Shown here: positions 12,122 through 22,954 of the stretch, in pieces
Numbering within the stretch: position 1 is the first letter of the stretch
How the letters are laid out: each line of letters opens with the position of its first letter
NCBI GenBank assembly: GCA_965209055.1
Contig: OZ242374.1
Location: forward strand, 1,280,001-1,344,000
Reading direction: 5' to 3'
Source of the DNA: Acidobacteriota bacterium
GTDB taxonomy: Bacteria; Acidobacteriota; UBA6911; RPQK01; JAJDTT01
DNA: 64,000 nt
Notes under the pieces: generated by a model
What the model was told of the DNA's origin: nothing
The model's input: the letters and a program-made list of their open reading frames with translations, nothing else
Database searches by the model: none
Translations under genes and position numbers: made by a program

Positions 12122-13527
12122 TGGCCGATTTCAGTCCGGTTCTGGGCAGTTTCCGGAACATCTTTCATATTCCCGATCTGCGGAGGCGGGTCCTCTTCAT
12201 GCTGGGGCTTCTGGCCGCGTACCGCGTGGGGAGCTGGATCCCGACTCCGGGAGTGGACAGCGGCGCCCTGGAACTGGTCTTCAACCAGCAGGCCGGGACC
12301 GTCCTGGGCTTCCTGGACATGTTCTCAGGGGGCAACCTGAGCCGGTTCTCCATCTTTGCCCTGGGCATCACTCCCTACATCACCGCGTCCATCATCCTGC
12401 AGTTGCTGACGGTGGTCTGGCCCTTCCTGGAGCGGCTCTCCAAGGAAGGTCAATTGGGCCGGAAGAAGATCAATCAATACACCCGGTACCTGACCGTGGG
12501 CCTCTGCCTGTTCCAGAGCCTGGCTTCCGCCTCGGTGCTGGAGCGGATGGAGGCGGTCCCGCCGGTGGTGCCGCATCCGGGCTGGGGCTTCCGGCTCATG
12601 ACCATGCTGACGCTCACCACCGGAACGACGCTGGTGATGTGGCTCGGCGAGCAGATTTCCGAACGGGGCATCGGCAACGGGATCTCCCTGATCATCTTCG
12701 CCGGCATCGTGGTCGGCCTGCCGTCCGCCGCCTACTCGCTGTGGCAGGACTGGATGCTGGGAACCCGGTCCGTCTTCACCATCATCCTGCTCCTGGTGAT
12801 GATGATCCTGGTGGTGATCGGGATCGTGATCGTGGAACGGGGGCAGCGGCGGATCCCAATCCAGTACGCCAAGCGGGTGGTGGGCCGGAGGATGTACGGC
12901 GGGCAAGCCACACACCTGCCTCTCAAGGTGAACTCGGGCGGAGTCATCCCGGTGATCTTCGCCGCCTCCATTCTCGCCTTTCCTTCCACCATGGGCCTGG
13001 TCTTCGAGGCCGAGTGGGTGCAGAGCCTTGCCACGCAGCTTCAACAGGGCTACCCCCTCTACAACCTCATCTATATCGCCGGGATCATGTTCTTCTGCTT
13101 CTTCTACGTGAGCATCATCTTCAACCCGGACGAGGTGGCCGACAACATCCGCAAATACGGCGGCTATATTCCGGGGATTCGGCCCGGCCGGCGAACCGCA
13201 CAGTACATCGACCGGACCTTGAGCCGCCTCACGGCGGCCGGCGCCGTCTACCTGGTTCTGGTCTGCCTGCTCCCCGAATTCCTGATGACCGGATTCAAGG
13301 TCCAGCCGATTCCCTGGGTGGGTCCGGTTATGGACAACTTTCTGATCGACAACAATCTGGATTTCTTCACCAACGGGTTGGGGGTGACCTTCTATTTCGG
13401 AGGAACGTCTCTCCTCATCGTGGTGGGAGTGGGGATGGACACGGTCAAACAGATCGAGTCGCAACTGATCATGAGGCACTACGAAGGCTTCCTCAAGAAG
13501 GGCCGGATTCGGGGACGAAGAGGGTAA
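12121..13527 (+). CDS. secY: Preprotein translocase subunit SecY
   Basis: SIFALGITPYITASII, WLGEQISERGIGNGISLIIFAGI, IPGIRPG, GGTSLLIVVGV. Confidence 0.99.
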   Translation: MADFSPVLGSFRNIFHIPDLRRRVLFMLGLLAAYRVGSWIPTPGVDSGALELVFNQQAGTVLGFLDMFSGGNLSRFSIFALGITPYITASIILQLLTVVWPFLERLSKEGQLGRKKINQYTRYLTVGLCLFQSLASASVLERMEAVPPVVPHPGWGFRLMTMLTLTTGTTLVMWLGEQISERGIGNGISLIIFAGIVVGLPSAAYSLWQDWMLGTRSVFTIILLLVMMILVVIGIVIVERGQRRIPIQYAKRVVGRRMYGGQATHLPLKVNSGGVIPVIFAASILAFPSTMGLVFEAEWVQSLATQLQQGYPLYNLIYIAGIMFFCFFYVSIIFNPDEVADNIRKYGGYIPGIRPGRRTAQYIDRTLSRLTAAGAVYLVLVCLLPEFLMTGFKVQPIPWVGPVMDNFLIDNNLDFFTNGLGVTFYFGGTSLLIVVGVGMDTVKQIESQLIMRHYEGFLKKGRIRGRRG

Positions 13528-13548
13528 CGGACCGGAGATGCGATTCTG

Positions 13549-14196
13549 ATGTCCGAGAACCCGCTGACCATTCTGCTCGGCCCCCCCGGAGCCGGGAAAG
13601 GGACCCAGGCCAAGCGCCTCGCGGACCGCTTCGGCTACCTGCACGTCTCCACCGGGGACATCCTGAGAGAGGAAGTCAGGGCCGGCACCAATCTGGGCAG
13701 CCGGGTGGAAGCCATCATGAACTCGGGAGAGCTGGTTCCGGATGAGTTGGTGGCCGAGATCGTGGGAAAGACGCTGGCGCGGAACACGGGCAACGGAATC
13801 TTGTTGGACGGATTTCCCCGAACCCTCGCTCAGGCCACCTACCTGAGTCGAATCAGCAACGGTCTTCCGCCCGTGGTGATCAATTTGAAACTGGAGGACG
13901 CGGAGGTTGTCAGGCGCCTCAACGGGCGCCGCCATTGTGCCCGCTGTGGTAATATCTACAACCTTTATTACTCCCAGCCCCGGAAGGAGGGCGTCTGTGA
14001 TTCGTGCGGCGGGGAATTGGTGCTCCGTCGCGACGACCGCGAATCGGTGATTCGGGAGAGACTGCGAGTCTACCGGGATCAGACTCAGCCGCTGGTCGAT
14101 TACTACAAAACAAAGGGCCGTTACGGAGAGGTGGAGGCTTCCGGAGGAATCCGGGAGGTCTTCGACTCCGTCGTCGAGACCATGTCGCGGAAGTGA
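13549..14196 (+). CDS. adk: Adenylate kinase (zinc-binding LID type)
   Basis: GPPGAGKGTQA, STGDILR, LDGFPRT, CARC...CDSC, RRDD. Confidence 0.98.
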   Translation: MSENPLTILLGPPGAGKGTQAKRLADRFGYLHVSTGDILREEVRAGTNLGSRVEAIMNSGELVPDELVAEIVGKTLARNTGNGILLDGFPRTLAQATYLSRISNGLPPVVINLKLEDAEVVRRLNGRRHCARCGNIYNLYYSQPRKEGVCDSCGGELVLRRDDRESVIRERLRVYRDQTQPLVDYYKTKGRYGEVEASGGIREVFDSVVETMSRK

Positions 14197-14240
14197 CGTT
14201 CGGTCTCGAGGAATCGTTTCGCATCAGGAACCTGATTGGG

Positions 14241-15047
14241 ATGATCGTCTGCAAAGGCGCTAAGGAACTGGAGAGAATGCGCGAGGCCAACCGCCTAGTG
14301 TCCAAGACACTGGACCTCCTGGGGACCATGGTCCGGCCCGGCATGACCACTCGGCATCTGGATGGCGCCGCCGAAGACTTGATTCTGGGGAGCGGGGCCA
14401 GGCCCGCCTTCAAGGGTTACCGGGGATTTCCCGCCAGCGTCTGCGCTTCCGTCAACAACCAGATCGTCCACGGGATTCCCAACGACCAGCCTCTCGAAGA
14501 GGGAGATATCCTGTCCCTGGACGTCGGCGTCTACTACAAGGGATTCTACGGCGACTCCGCCTGGACCTTCTGCGTGGGTGAAGTTTCGCCCGAACTGAGG
14601 AATCTGTTGGACGTGACTCGCGAGTCCCTCTACCTGGGGATCGAGCAGGTGGTGGTGGGAAACCGAATCTCCGACATCTCTCATGGCATACAGAAGTACG
14701 TGGAAGCCTACGGTTTTTCGGTGGTGCGGGAATTCGTGGGCCATGGGATCGGCAGATTTCTGCATGAGGAGCCGCAGGTCCCCAACTACGGCGATCCGGG
14801 AAAGGGCCCCCGATTGAAGCCGGGCATGGTTCTGGCGATCGAGCCCATGGTCAACAGCCGGGGCCCCGGCGTCAGAGTGTTGGAAGACCGGTGGACGGCG
14901 GTGACGGCGGACGGGGGTTACAGCGCCCATTTCGAGCATTCGGTCGCCGTCACTGAAAACGGCCCCTGGATCCTCAGCAACTCCAGCGGCAGGACCCGGC
15001 GCGGCGCATCCAGTCCCGATTCCGCGATTGCAGGGAGCCAGGAATGA
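14241..15047 (+). CDS. map: Type I methionine aminopeptidase
   Basis: Start at ATG 14241; [41 protein letters not shown]. Confidence 0.97.
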   Translation: MIVCKGAKELERMREANRLVSKTLDLLGTMVRPGMTTRHLDGAAEDLILGSGARPAFKGYRGFPASVCASVNNQIVHGIPNDQPLEEGDILSLDVGVYYKGFYGDSAWTFCVGEVSPELRNLLDVTRESLYLGIEQVVVGNRISDISHGIQKYVEAYGFSVVREFVGHGIGRFLHEEPQVPNYGDPGKGPRLKPGMVLAIEPMVNSRGPGVRVLEDRWTAVTADGGYSAHFEHSVAVTENGPWILSNSSGRTRRGASSPDSAIAGSQE

Positions 15048-15157
15048 AGGTTCGAGCGTCGGTCAAGCGAATCTGCCGGCAATGCAAGATCGTCCGGCGC
15101 AAGGGTGTGGTCCGAGTCATCTGCGTCAAACCGAAATGCAAGCAGCGTCAGGGGTAA
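15044..15157 (+). CDS. rpmJ: 50S ribosomal protein L36 (below ORF-track size cut-off)
   Basis: Manual translation [37 protein letters not shown]; ATGA overlap with map stop; GGGAG RBS. Confidence 0.97.
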   Translation: MKVRASVKRICRQCKIVRRKGVVRVICVKPKCKQRQG

Positions 15158-15188
15158 TCGTCCAGCAAAACCGGAGCGAATCGGCACA

Positions 15189-15563
15189 ATGCGGCTAATT
15201 GGAGTGAACATACCGGACAGAAAACGGGTTCTGATTTCGCTGACCTACATCTACGGGATCGGCCAGGCCCGGTCCCGGAAGATCCTGGACGCGGCGAAAG
15301 TGGATGCGGACAAGCAGACCGGTCACCTCACCGAGGAGGAGGCCACCCGGCTCCGCCGCGTCATTGAAGACGCGGGGCGGATCGAAGGGGATCTGCGCAA
15401 GGAGCTCCAGATCAACATCAAGCGTCTCATGGACATCGGCTGCTACCGGGGGCTTCGGCATCGCCGGGGGCTGCCCACCCGGGGCCAGCGCACCCACACC
15501 AATGCCAGGACCCGCAAGGGCCCGCGCAAGATCCGCATCATGCGGAGAAAGAGGGGGCGCTAG
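15189..15563 (+). CDS. rpsM: 30S ribosomal protein S13
   Basis: [42 protein letters not shown]. Confidence 0.98.
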   Translation: MRLIGVNIPDRKRVLISLTYIYGIGQARSRKILDAAKVDADKQTGHLTEEEATRLRRVIEDAGRIEGDLRKELQINIKRLMDIGCYRGLRHRRGLPTRGQRTHTNARTRKGPRKIRIMRRKRGR

Positions 15564-15716
15564 AGGCTCTCGGAAACCGCGGGCGCCGGGGTCCGGCGAT
15601 GACCTGCGCCGCGGGTTTGCCGACGGCGCATGTCCGCACGGAAGACGCGGCGAATTCGCGCACGGAGCCGGTGAACGGCGGACTCGAACCAGGGGACCGA
15701 TCAGAGGAACAGGCAG

Positions 15717-16124
15717 ATGGCCAAGGGTAAGAAGACAAAACGACGGAAGTCGGGCAAGAGGAAGGATCGCCGAACCGTTCTTCACGGCATCGTCCACGTG
15801 AAGGCGACGTTCAACAATACGATCATCACCATCACCGATCAGGACGGGAACGTTCTATCGACCGCCACCGCCGGTATGCAGGGCTTCAAGGGGAGCCGCA
15901 AGAGCACTCCCTTCGCCGCCTCTCAGGCCGGGCACACGGCAGCCAATCGGGCCCGCGACCTGTACGGAATTCGCACCTGCGAGGTCTGGGTCAAGGGACC
16001 CGGCGGAGGCCGCGAGGCGGCCGTGCGGGCCATTCAGTCGTCCGGAATCGATATCAAATCAATTCGGGACGTGACGCCGATCCCACATAACGGTTGCCGT
16101 CCACCCAAGCGGCGCCGGGTTTAG
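15717..16124 (+). CDS. rpsK: 30S ribosomal protein S11
   Basis: [43 protein letters not shown]. Confidence 0.99.
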   Translation: MAKGKKTKRRKSGKRKDRRTVLHGIVHVKATFNNTIITITDQDGNVLSTATAGMQGFKGSRKSTPFAASQAGHTAANRARDLYGIRTCEVWVKGPGGGREAAVRAIQSSGIDIKSIRDVTPIPHNGCRPPKRRRV

Positions 16125-16191
16125 GGGTCTTTGGCAACGGACCGGGAGTACTGCATGTCATCGGCAGGTCAGTTCGGGAAGGAGAAAGAGC

Positions 16192-16827
16192 TTGGCACGC
16201 TATAAGGGCCCTGTCTGCCGTCTCTGCAGACGCGAGGGGATGAAACTGTTCCTGAAGGGAAATCGCTGCTTTTCGGATAAGTGCGCCATCGAGAAGCGGA
16301 ACATCGTTCCGGGAGAGCATGGGCGCGACATGCGGGGCCGGCCCAGGATCATGGGTTACGGCCAGCAACTCCGTGAAAAACAGAAGGTCAAGCGAGTCTA
16401 CGGCGTCCTGGAGCGCCAGTTCCGCAGCTATTTCGCCAAGGCCGCCAAAAAGAGGGGCGTCACCGGCGAACTCCTGTTGCAGTTTCTGGAACGGAGACTC
16501 GACAGCGTCGTCTATCGGCTCGGTTTTGCCTCCTCCAGGAACCAGGCCCGGCAGTTGGTCCGGCACGGCCATATCCGGGTCAACGGACGGCGGGTCGACA
16601 TCCCTTCCTTTCTGGTCAAGGCGGGGGATGAAGTCTCGCTGCAACAGAAGATCTGGAACAATTTGCTGGTTCGCGCCGCATTGGACGCCGCCGCCGGACG
16701 CGGGGTTCCCGCGTGGCTGAGTCTGGAAAAAAATCAATTCAAGGGCCAGGTGTTGGAGCTGCCGACCCGGGAACATATCTCGCTGACTATCGAGGAGTCC
16801 CTGGTGGTGGAACTCTATTCCAAGTAG
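16192..16827 (+). CDS. rpsD: 30S ribosomal protein S4
   Basis: [44 protein letters not shown]; TTG start. Confidence 0.99.
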   Translation: MARYKGPVCRLCRREGMKLFLKGNRCFSDKCAIEKRNIVPGEHGRDMRGRPRIMGYGQQLREKQKVKRVYGVLERQFRSYFAKAAKKRGVTGELLLQFLERRLDSVVYRLGFASSRNQARQLVRHGHIRVNGRRVDIPSFLVKAGDEVSLQQKIWNNLLVRAALDAAAGRGVPAWLSLEKNQFKGQVLELPTREHISLTIEESLVVELYSK

Positions 16828-16986
16828 CCGCCGGCCGGCGCGGGCCCGCTCGGACAGATTCCCCATGATTTCGTCTGGGCTCTGCCGGCAACCGCGGGTT
16901 TGAGTCATGCCCCCCGCGAGGGCGGTGGGCGCGGACCGGAGCCTCGTCGAGGCGGCAGTTGAAAGAATCGTCGGAGATATAGATCC

Positions 16987-17970
16987 ATGAGAGAGTTTCA
17001 GAAACCGAACAAGCTCTTTTATGACCCGGACACCTTGACCGCGACCCTGGGCCAATTCCACGCCCAGCCGTTCGAGCGTGGCTTCGCCACCACGGTTGGG
17101 CATTCCCTGCGGAGGGTCCTGCTCTCCGCTATCGAGGGAGCGGCCCTGACGGCGGTCAAGATCGACGGAGTCCTGCACGAGTTCTCGTCGATCCCGGGTG
17201 TCCGGGAAGACGTGACCGACATCATCATGAACCTGAGGCAGATCCCCTTGATTCTGCACTCCGGTGAGCCCAAGACCCTCTACCTTGAGGCCGCGGGAGA
17301 AGGGGAGATCAAGTCCGGAGACTTCAAGCCGGACCCGGACGTGGAGATACTGGACCCGGACGTCCACATCGCCACCCTGAACCAGGAAGCCAGCATCAGC
17401 ATGGAGGTGCGGGTCAAGAACGGCCGGGGCTATGTCCCGGCGAACGAGAACCACGATGAGGACTTGAGTCTGGGATACATCGCCATGGATTCGGTCCATT
17501 CGCCGGTTCGGCGGGCCAACTTTCATGTGGAGGCGGCGCGCTTGGGGCAGTCGACCGAATACGAGCGACTCAATCTGGAAGTGGTGACCAACGGGAGTGT
17601 CGCTCCGCAGGATGCCGTGGCCCAGGCCGCGCAGATCCTCAAGGAGCACCTGTTCATGTTCATCAATTTCGAAGAGGACTCGGAAGAGGACGTGGTCGAG
17701 GAAGACGAGGACCAGGCCGTCAACGAGAACCTGATCAAACCGGTCGAAGAGCTGGAGTTGTCGGTTCGGGCCTACAATTGCCTCAAGAACGCGAGTGTGG
17801 AGACCATCGGCGAGTTGGTCGTCAAGACCGAAGCCGAGATGCTCAAGACCAAGAACTTCGGGCGGAAGTCCCTGAGCGAGATCAAGGAACTGCTGGCGGA
17901 GATGGGCCTGTCGTTCGGCATGAAGATCGACAGCAAGGGGCGGCTGGTCCGCGAGACCACGGAGGTCTGA
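16987..17970 (+). CDS. rpoA: RNA polymerase subunit alpha
   Basis: [57 protein letters not shown]. Confidence 0.99.
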   Translation: MREFQKPNKLFYDPDTLTATLGQFHAQPFERGFATTVGHSLRRVLLSAIEGAALTAVKIDGVLHEFSSIPGVREDVTDIIMNLRQIPLILHSGEPKTLYLEAAGEGEIKSGDFKPDPDVEILDPDVHIATLNQEASISMEVRVKNGRGYVPANENHDEDLSLGYIAMDSVHSPVRRANFHVEAARLGQSTEYERLNLEVVTNGSVAPQDAVAQAAQILKEHLFMFINFEEDSEEDVVEEDEDQAVNENLIKPVEELELSVRAYNCLKNASVETIGELVVKTEAEMLKTKNFGRKSLSEIKELLAEMGLSFGMKIDSKGRLVRETTEV

Positions 17971-17975
17971 CGGTC

Positions 17976-18368
17976 ATGAGACACCGTCGAAAGGGAAAAA
18001 AGCTGGGGCGGACCGCGAGTCACCGAAAAGCGCTGATGCGCAATATGGTGACCGAGTTCCTGGACAACGAGCGGATCGTCACCACCATTTCCAAGGCCAA
18101 GGCGTTGCGTCCGGTGGCCGAGAAGATGATCACGTTGGGCAAGCGGGAGAACCTGCATGCCCGGCGGCGAGCTCTGAGCTTCATCCGGCGCAAGGAGGTG
18201 GTGTACAAACTCTTCGACGAAATCGGCCCCCGTTTCTCCGAGCGCAACGGCGGCTACACTCGCATTCTCCGCCTCGGGTTCCGCCAGGGAGATCAGGCGG
18301 AGATGGCTCTTCTGGAGCTGGTGGGGAGTGAGTTTGAACCGGTGGTGCCCGACAAGAAATCGAAGTAA
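17976..18368 (+). CDS. rplQ: 50S ribosomal protein L17
   Basis: [29 protein letters not shown]; start moved to ATG 17976. Confidence 0.98.
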   Translation: MRHRRKGKKLGRTASHRKALMRNMVTEFLDNERIVTTISKAKALRPVAEKMITLGKRENLHARRRALSFIRRKEVVYKLFDEIGPRFSERNGGYTRILRLGFRQGDQAEMALLELVGSEFEPVVPDKKSK

Positions 18369-20625
18369 GCGGCCAACTGGAAGAGACTCGTCTCGTATTG
18401 ACCCGCCCGATTCGAAATCGTCCGCCGGACCCTTCCCAATTCTCCCGATTCGCGGCTGGCTGGCGGGTTTCCTGTTTCTCTCCCTCTTCTCTGCTCTCGC
18501 CGGATCGCAGAAGTCCCGCCTGACCCTCCAGCATCTCTACGATCCCCGCACCAAGCTGGACTTCACCGGCTCGCCTCCCGGAGATCTGCGTTGGACGCGG
18601 GACGGACGGCACTATCTCCACCGGGGCAGGAAATCGCGCACTCTGTTCAAGACGGATGCCGTCACGGGAAGCGTGACGACCGTGCTGGATGAGACGCGAA
18701 TTCGAAAATCGCTCTCGGAACCCGGTCTCGACACCCCGAACCCCGAATCAGCCGTGCTCGGCTGGTTCCGATTGAGTCCCGACGAAAAGGCCCTCCTGTT
18801 CAAGCACGCCGGGGACCTCTTCCTTTACGACCTGGAATCCGGAACCGCGACGCGGCTGACCCGTTCCTGCGATCGGGAGGAACTGGCCGAGTTCAGCCCC
18901 GACGGACGCCTGGTGAGCTTCGTTCGCGGCCAGGACCTCTACATCGTCCAAGTCGAAAACGGCCGCGAGTCCCGCCTCACTCAGGGCGGGGGCGGTGAAA
19001 TCTCAAACGGCAAGCTGAATTGGCTCTACCAGGAGGAGCTCTACGGCCGGGGCAACTACAAGGGTTACTGGTGGAGTCCCGATTCCTCCCGCCTGGCGTT
19101 TCTGCAGTTGGACGACTCCCCGGTGCCGGCCTTCACGCTGCTCGACTACGAGCCGCTCTACCCGTCCACACGGACGACCCGTTACCCCAAGGCGGGAGAC
19201 CCCAACCCCCGGGCGCGCATCGGCGTCGTCGCGGTCTCCGGCAAAGCGGTCCGCTGGATCGAAAACGAGCCCGAAGACGACCGCCTGCTCGTCCGGGCCG
19301 GTTGGAGCCGGGATGGAGGCGCCGTGGTTTTTCAGGAGCAGAACCGGATTCAGACCCGGTTGGACCTGAAGCTGCACCGGCTCTCATCGGCGGTGACGAC
19401 GACGCTGTTGCGGGAGGAGGGCGCGGCCTGGATCGACGTCCTGGCCGAGCCGCGCTGGCTGCCGGACGGTTCCTTCCTCTGGATGAGCGATCGCACCGGA
19501 TGGCGGCACCTGTACCGTTACCGGGCCGACGGAACCCTCATCGGACCGGTCACCAGCGGACGATGGAACGTCCATGAACTGCTCCACCATTCCCCCGGGA
19601 ACGGGCAGATCCATTTCACGGCGGACCGGGACGGCTCCGGCGAGAGACACCTTTACCGCTCGACTCTGAGCGGTGGACCGATTGCGCGAGTCTCCCGCGA
19701 ACCGGGCACCCATCGTCCCCGGTTCAACGACCAGGGCTCCCTCTATCTCGACACCTGGAGCGACATCGACACCCCTCCCCGGTTGAGCGTTCACGACGCG
19801 AACGGAACGCTCTTGAGGGAAATCCACCCCAGCCGCCGCGAGAACCTGGATCAGTTTCGACTCTCTTCTCCCCGGTTTCTGCAGGTGCCCACCCGGGACG
19901 GGTTCGTCATGGAGGCCATGATGATCCTGCCCCAAGAATTCGATCCCGCCCGAAAGTATCCGGTTCTGGCCTATGTCTACGGTGGGCCGGGACTGCCCAG
20001 GGTCAGAAGGAGATGGGGAGGAACCAACCACCTCTGGCACCAGCTCATGGCCCAGGAGGGCTATCTGATCTGGGTCTGCGACAACCGAAGCGCCAGCGGG
20101 AAGGGCGCCCGTTCGGCGTGGCCGGTACATGGAAACTTCGGCGCCCAGGAGCTGCGCGACCTGGAAGACGGCCTGGAATGGCTCCGGGAGCGCCCCTACG
20201 TGGATTCGGACCGAATCGGAATCTGGGGCTGGAGCTTCGGCGGCTACCTGGCCAGCTATGCGTTGACCCACAGCGACAGCTTCCGGATCGGCATCGCGGG
20301 GGCTCCGGTGACCGACTGGAGGCTCTACGACACCATTTACACCGAGCGGTACATGGGGCTTCCCAAGGACAATCCGGAGGGCTACCGGAAGAGCTCGGTG
20401 CTGGAGGCGGCCGGCAACCTGAAGGGCAAGCTGCTTCTGATCCACGGCGGCCTGGACGACAACGTCCATCTCCAGAACACCCTCCGCCTGGTCCATCGCC
20501 TCCAGGAAGAGGGAAAGGACTTCCAGATGATGATCTACCCCCGGGCCCGGCATGGGGTGAGGGACCCGGAGCAGGTCCACCACCTCCGGAGGCTGATGAC
20601 GCGATTCATCCTGGACAACCTCTGA
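18328..20625 (+). CDS. S9B family (dipeptidyl peptidase IV-like) secreted serine peptidase
   Basis: [14 protein letters not shown] beta-propeller; catalytic GWSFGG, DDNVH, HGV; hydrophobic signal-like segment. Start uncertain because this GTG overlaps rplQ. Confidence 0.92.
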   Translation: MSLNRWCPTRNRSKRPTGRDSSRIDPPDSKSSAGPFPILPIRGWLAGFLFLSLFSALAGSQKSRLTLQHLYDPRTKLDFTGSPPGDLRWTRDGRHYLHRGRKSRTLFKTDAVTGSVTTVLDETRIRKSLSEPGLDTPNPESAVLGWFRLSPDEKALLFKHAGDLFLYDLESGTATRLTRSCDREELAEFSPDGRLVSFVRGQDLYIVQVENGRESRLTQGGGGEISNGKLNWLYQEELYGRGNYKGYWWSPDSSRLAFLQLDDSPVPAFTLLDYEPLYPSTRTTRYPKAGDPNPRARIGVVAVSGKAVRWIENEPEDDRLLVRAGWSRDGGAVVFQEQNRIQTRLDLKLHRLSSAVTTTLLREEGAAWIDVLAEPRWLPDGSFLWMSDRTGWRHLYRYRADGTLIGPVTSGRWNVHELLHHSPGNGQIHFTADRDGSGERHLYRSTLSGGPIARVSREPGTHRPRFNDQGSLYLDTWSDIDTPPRLSVHDANGTLLREIHPSRRENLDQFRLSSPRFLQVPTRDGFVMEAMMILPQEFDPARKYPVLAYVYGGPGLPRVRRRWGGTNHLWHQLMAQEGYLIWVCDNRSASGKGARSAWPVHGNFGAQELRDLEDGLEWLRERPYVDSDRIGIWGWSFGGYLASYALTHSDSFRIGIAGAPVTDWRLYDTIYTERYMGLPKDNPEGYRKSSVLEAAGNLKGKLLLIHGGLDDNVHLQNTLRLVHRLQEEGKDFQMMIYPRARHGVRDPEQVHHLRRLMTRFILDNL

Positions 20626-20664
20626 GCCAAGGAGGGGACCCTCCCCCCACATTGACCGGTTCTC

Positions 20665-20693
20665 TTGCCCGCCGGGAAAGGCCCTGCAAGAAT
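20665..20693 (+). promoter_or_regulatory. Putative sigma70 promoter of a leaderless mRNA
   Basis: TTGCCC-N17-AAGAAT with TG extension, 6 nt before ATG 20700, no SD. Confidence 0.4.
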
Positions 20694-20699
20694 GTCGCG

Positions 20700-22016
20700 A
20701 TGACCCTTTCAGAGTGGCAGGCCAGGATCGAATCCCATTACCGCGAGCGCACGCCCAAGTCACGCGAGTTGTTCCGGGAAGCCCGGCGTTTCCTTCCCGG
20801 CGGCGATACGCGGCTGGGAACCTGTTTCCCCCCGCATCCTTCCTATTTTGTTCGGGGCGAGGGAAGCACCCTTCATGACGTGGACGGCAATCGAATCCTG
20901 GATTTCACCAACAACGCCACGACGCTCATCCACGGACATTCCCACCCGGAGATCTCCGCGACCATTCGGAGGCAGGCCGGGCGGGGCACCGGGTGGATGG
21001 CCCCCAACCCCCACCAGGTGAAGCTGGCCCGGCTGCTCTGCCGCAGGCTGCCCTCGGTCGACCGCATCCGCTTCTGCAATTCGGGCACGGAAGCCAACAT
21101 GCACGCCATCAAGGTGGCGCGGGCCTTCACCGGACGCGACGTCATCCTGAAGATGGCGGGCGCCTACCACGGCACGTACGAGGGAACCGAGTTCACCCGA
21201 GCGGATGACGGGAGTCCCCTGGCGCTGGTCACCGGCATTCCGGGAAACGAGAGCGACAACGTGCTGGTGGCCCCCTTCGGCGACGAGGCGGCGGCCCGAA
21301 ACCTGATGGAGACCCACCGCGACCGCCTGGCGGCCGTCGTCGTGAATCCGGTCATGACGCAAGGAGGCCTGGGGCTGCCCCCGGAGGGTTATCTCCAGTT
21401 CCTGCGGGAAACGACGCGGCGCCTGGGCATCCTGCTGGTTTTCGACGAGGTCATCACCTTCCGGGTCGCCTCCGGAGGGGGTCAGGAACATTACGGCGTG
21501 GTCCCCGATCTCACGGCCCTGGGCAAGATCATCGGCGGCGGGCTCCCGGTCGGCGCCTTTGGGGGGAGAGAAGACATCATGGCCCTCTTCGCCGATGGCC
21601 CGACACCCTCCGTGTCCCACGCCGGCACCCTCAACGGCAATCCCATGACCTCCGCCGCGGGCTTGAAGGCCATGGAGATGCTGACGCCCGAGGCCTTCGA
21701 ACATCTGAGCCGCCTCGGCGGGTCGCTCCGTGACGGGCTGCAGCGGATCGTCCGGGACCTCCGGCTCCCCTTGGAGGTGAACCGGATCGCTTCCCTGGTC
21801 AGCCTGGACCTGGACGCTCAGGTTCGATCCGACGCGGCGGCCCTGGAGCGGGGCTCGCGGATCATGTCGCTGGTCCACCTGGCCCTGCTGAACCGCGGCA
21901 TCAAGCTCTACGCCCTCTTTGCCCTCACCACGGTCATGGGAGAGGCGGAGATCCGCATCCTGACCGGCAACCTGCGGGAAGTCCTGGAGGAAGCGCGCCC
22001 CCGGTTTTCTTGCTGA
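20700..22016 (+). CDS. Class III PLP aminotransferase (glutamate-1-semialdehyde aminomutase-like)
   Basis: LPGGDTR, RFCNSGTEA, YHG, VFDEVIT, LGKIIGGGLPVGAFGG, HAGTLNGNP; real start at ATG 20700 within ORF 20013..22016. Confidence 0.9.
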   Translation: MTLSEWQARIESHYRERTPKSRELFREARRFLPGGDTRLGTCFPPHPSYFVRGEGSTLHDVDGNRILDFTNNATTLIHGHSHPEISATIRRQAGRGTGWMAPNPHQVKLARLLCRRLPSVDRIRFCNSGTEANMHAIKVARAFTGRDVILKMAGAYHGTYEGTEFTRADDGSPLALVTGIPGNESDNVLVAPFGDEAAARNLMETHRDRLAAVVVNPVMTQGGLGLPPEGYLQFLRETTRRLGILLVFDEVITFRVASGGGQEHYGVVPDLTALGKIIGGGLPVGAFGGREDIMALFADGPTPSVSHAGTLNGNPMTSAAGLKAMEMLTPEAFEHLSRLGGSLRDGLQRIVRDLRLPLEVNRIASLVSLDLDAQVRSDAAALERGSRIMSLVHLALLNRGIKLYALFALTTVMGEAEIRILTGNLREVLEEARPRFSC

Positions 22017-22029
22017 GCGGAGGAGCTCC

Positions 22030-22953
22030 ATGTCGATTCAGACCGTTCTCGGCCCCATTGAACCTGCGGACCTGGGCGTCACCCTCATGCACGAGCACAC
22101 CCTGGTGGACGCCTGGGAATGGGGAGGGCGACTGGGATACGACAGCACCGTGGATGACGAAGAGTTGCTGGTGGAGGAACTGGCCTTCTATCGCGACGCC
22201 GGCGGCTCCGCCCTGGTGGACGTGACTCCCATCGGACTGCGGCGCGACCCGTCCGGGATGCGAAGACTGGCCCAGGCCACCGGACTCCACATCATCATGG
22301 GGTGCGGCTGGTACCGGGAACGAGTCTATCCGGCCTACATCCATGAACTCAGCACCAATGCCCTCGCCGGGATGCTGGTGAAAGAGCTGGAAGAGGGGGT
22401 GGAGGGCGGCATCCGGCCCGGCATCATCGGCGAGATCGGCACCGAGCGATTCCACGTCACGCCGGCGGAGGAAAAGGTGTTCCGCGCGGCCGCCAGGGCG
22501 CAGCGGGCAACCGGCGCCACCGTGACCACCCACACCACCCATTTCGGCGACCTGGCTCACGAGCAGATGGACATCCTGATGGAGGAGGGGGTTCCGCCGG
22601 AGCGGATCGTGATCGGACACCTGGGAGAACGGCGCGGCGTCAAGGGCGAGCTGGCCATCGCCGAGCGGGGCGTCTACGTGGAGATCGACCACGTGGGCCG
22701 TCCCGCCAGCGCCGGAACTCAGCCGGAATGGAGAAGAGCCCGGAATGTTGCCGAGCTGGTTCAGGCAGGCTACCTGGACCGGGTCCTGATCTCCATGGAC
22801 ATCTGCGCCAATTCCCTGCTGCGCTGGAACGGAGGACACGGTTTCGACTACCTCCTGACCACCTTCGTCCCCCTGCTCCGGGAGGAAGGCCTCACCGACG
22901 AACAGATCCGCATCATCCTGGTGGACAACCCGATCCGGGTCCTGGATTTCTGA
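22030..22953 (+). CDS. Phosphotriesterase-related protein (Php/PTE family amidohydrolase)
   Basis: IQTVLGPI..LGVTLMHEH, GEIG, THT, IGHL, SMD, DNP; GGAGGAG RBS. Confidence 0.93.
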   Translation: MSIQTVLGPIEPADLGVTLMHEHTLVDAWEWGGRLGYDSTVDDEELLVEELAFYRDAGGSALVDVTPIGLRRDPSGMRRLAQATGLHIIMGCGWYRERVYPAYIHELSTNALAGMLVKELEEGVEGGIRPGIIGEIGTERFHVTPAEEKVFRAAARAQRATGATVTTHTTHFGDLAHEQMDILMEEGVPPERIVIGHLGERRGVKGELAIAERGVYVEIDHVGRPASAGTQPEWRRARNVAELVQAGYLDRVLISMDICANSLLRWNGGHGFDYLLTTFVPLLREEGLTDEQIRIILVDNPIRVLDF

Positions 22954-22954
22954 G

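Noticed and set aside
20013-20699. N-terminal extension or fusion on the aminotransferase
   Set aside because: It overlaps the peptidase gene in another frame; homology and a promoter-like motif point to ATG 20700.
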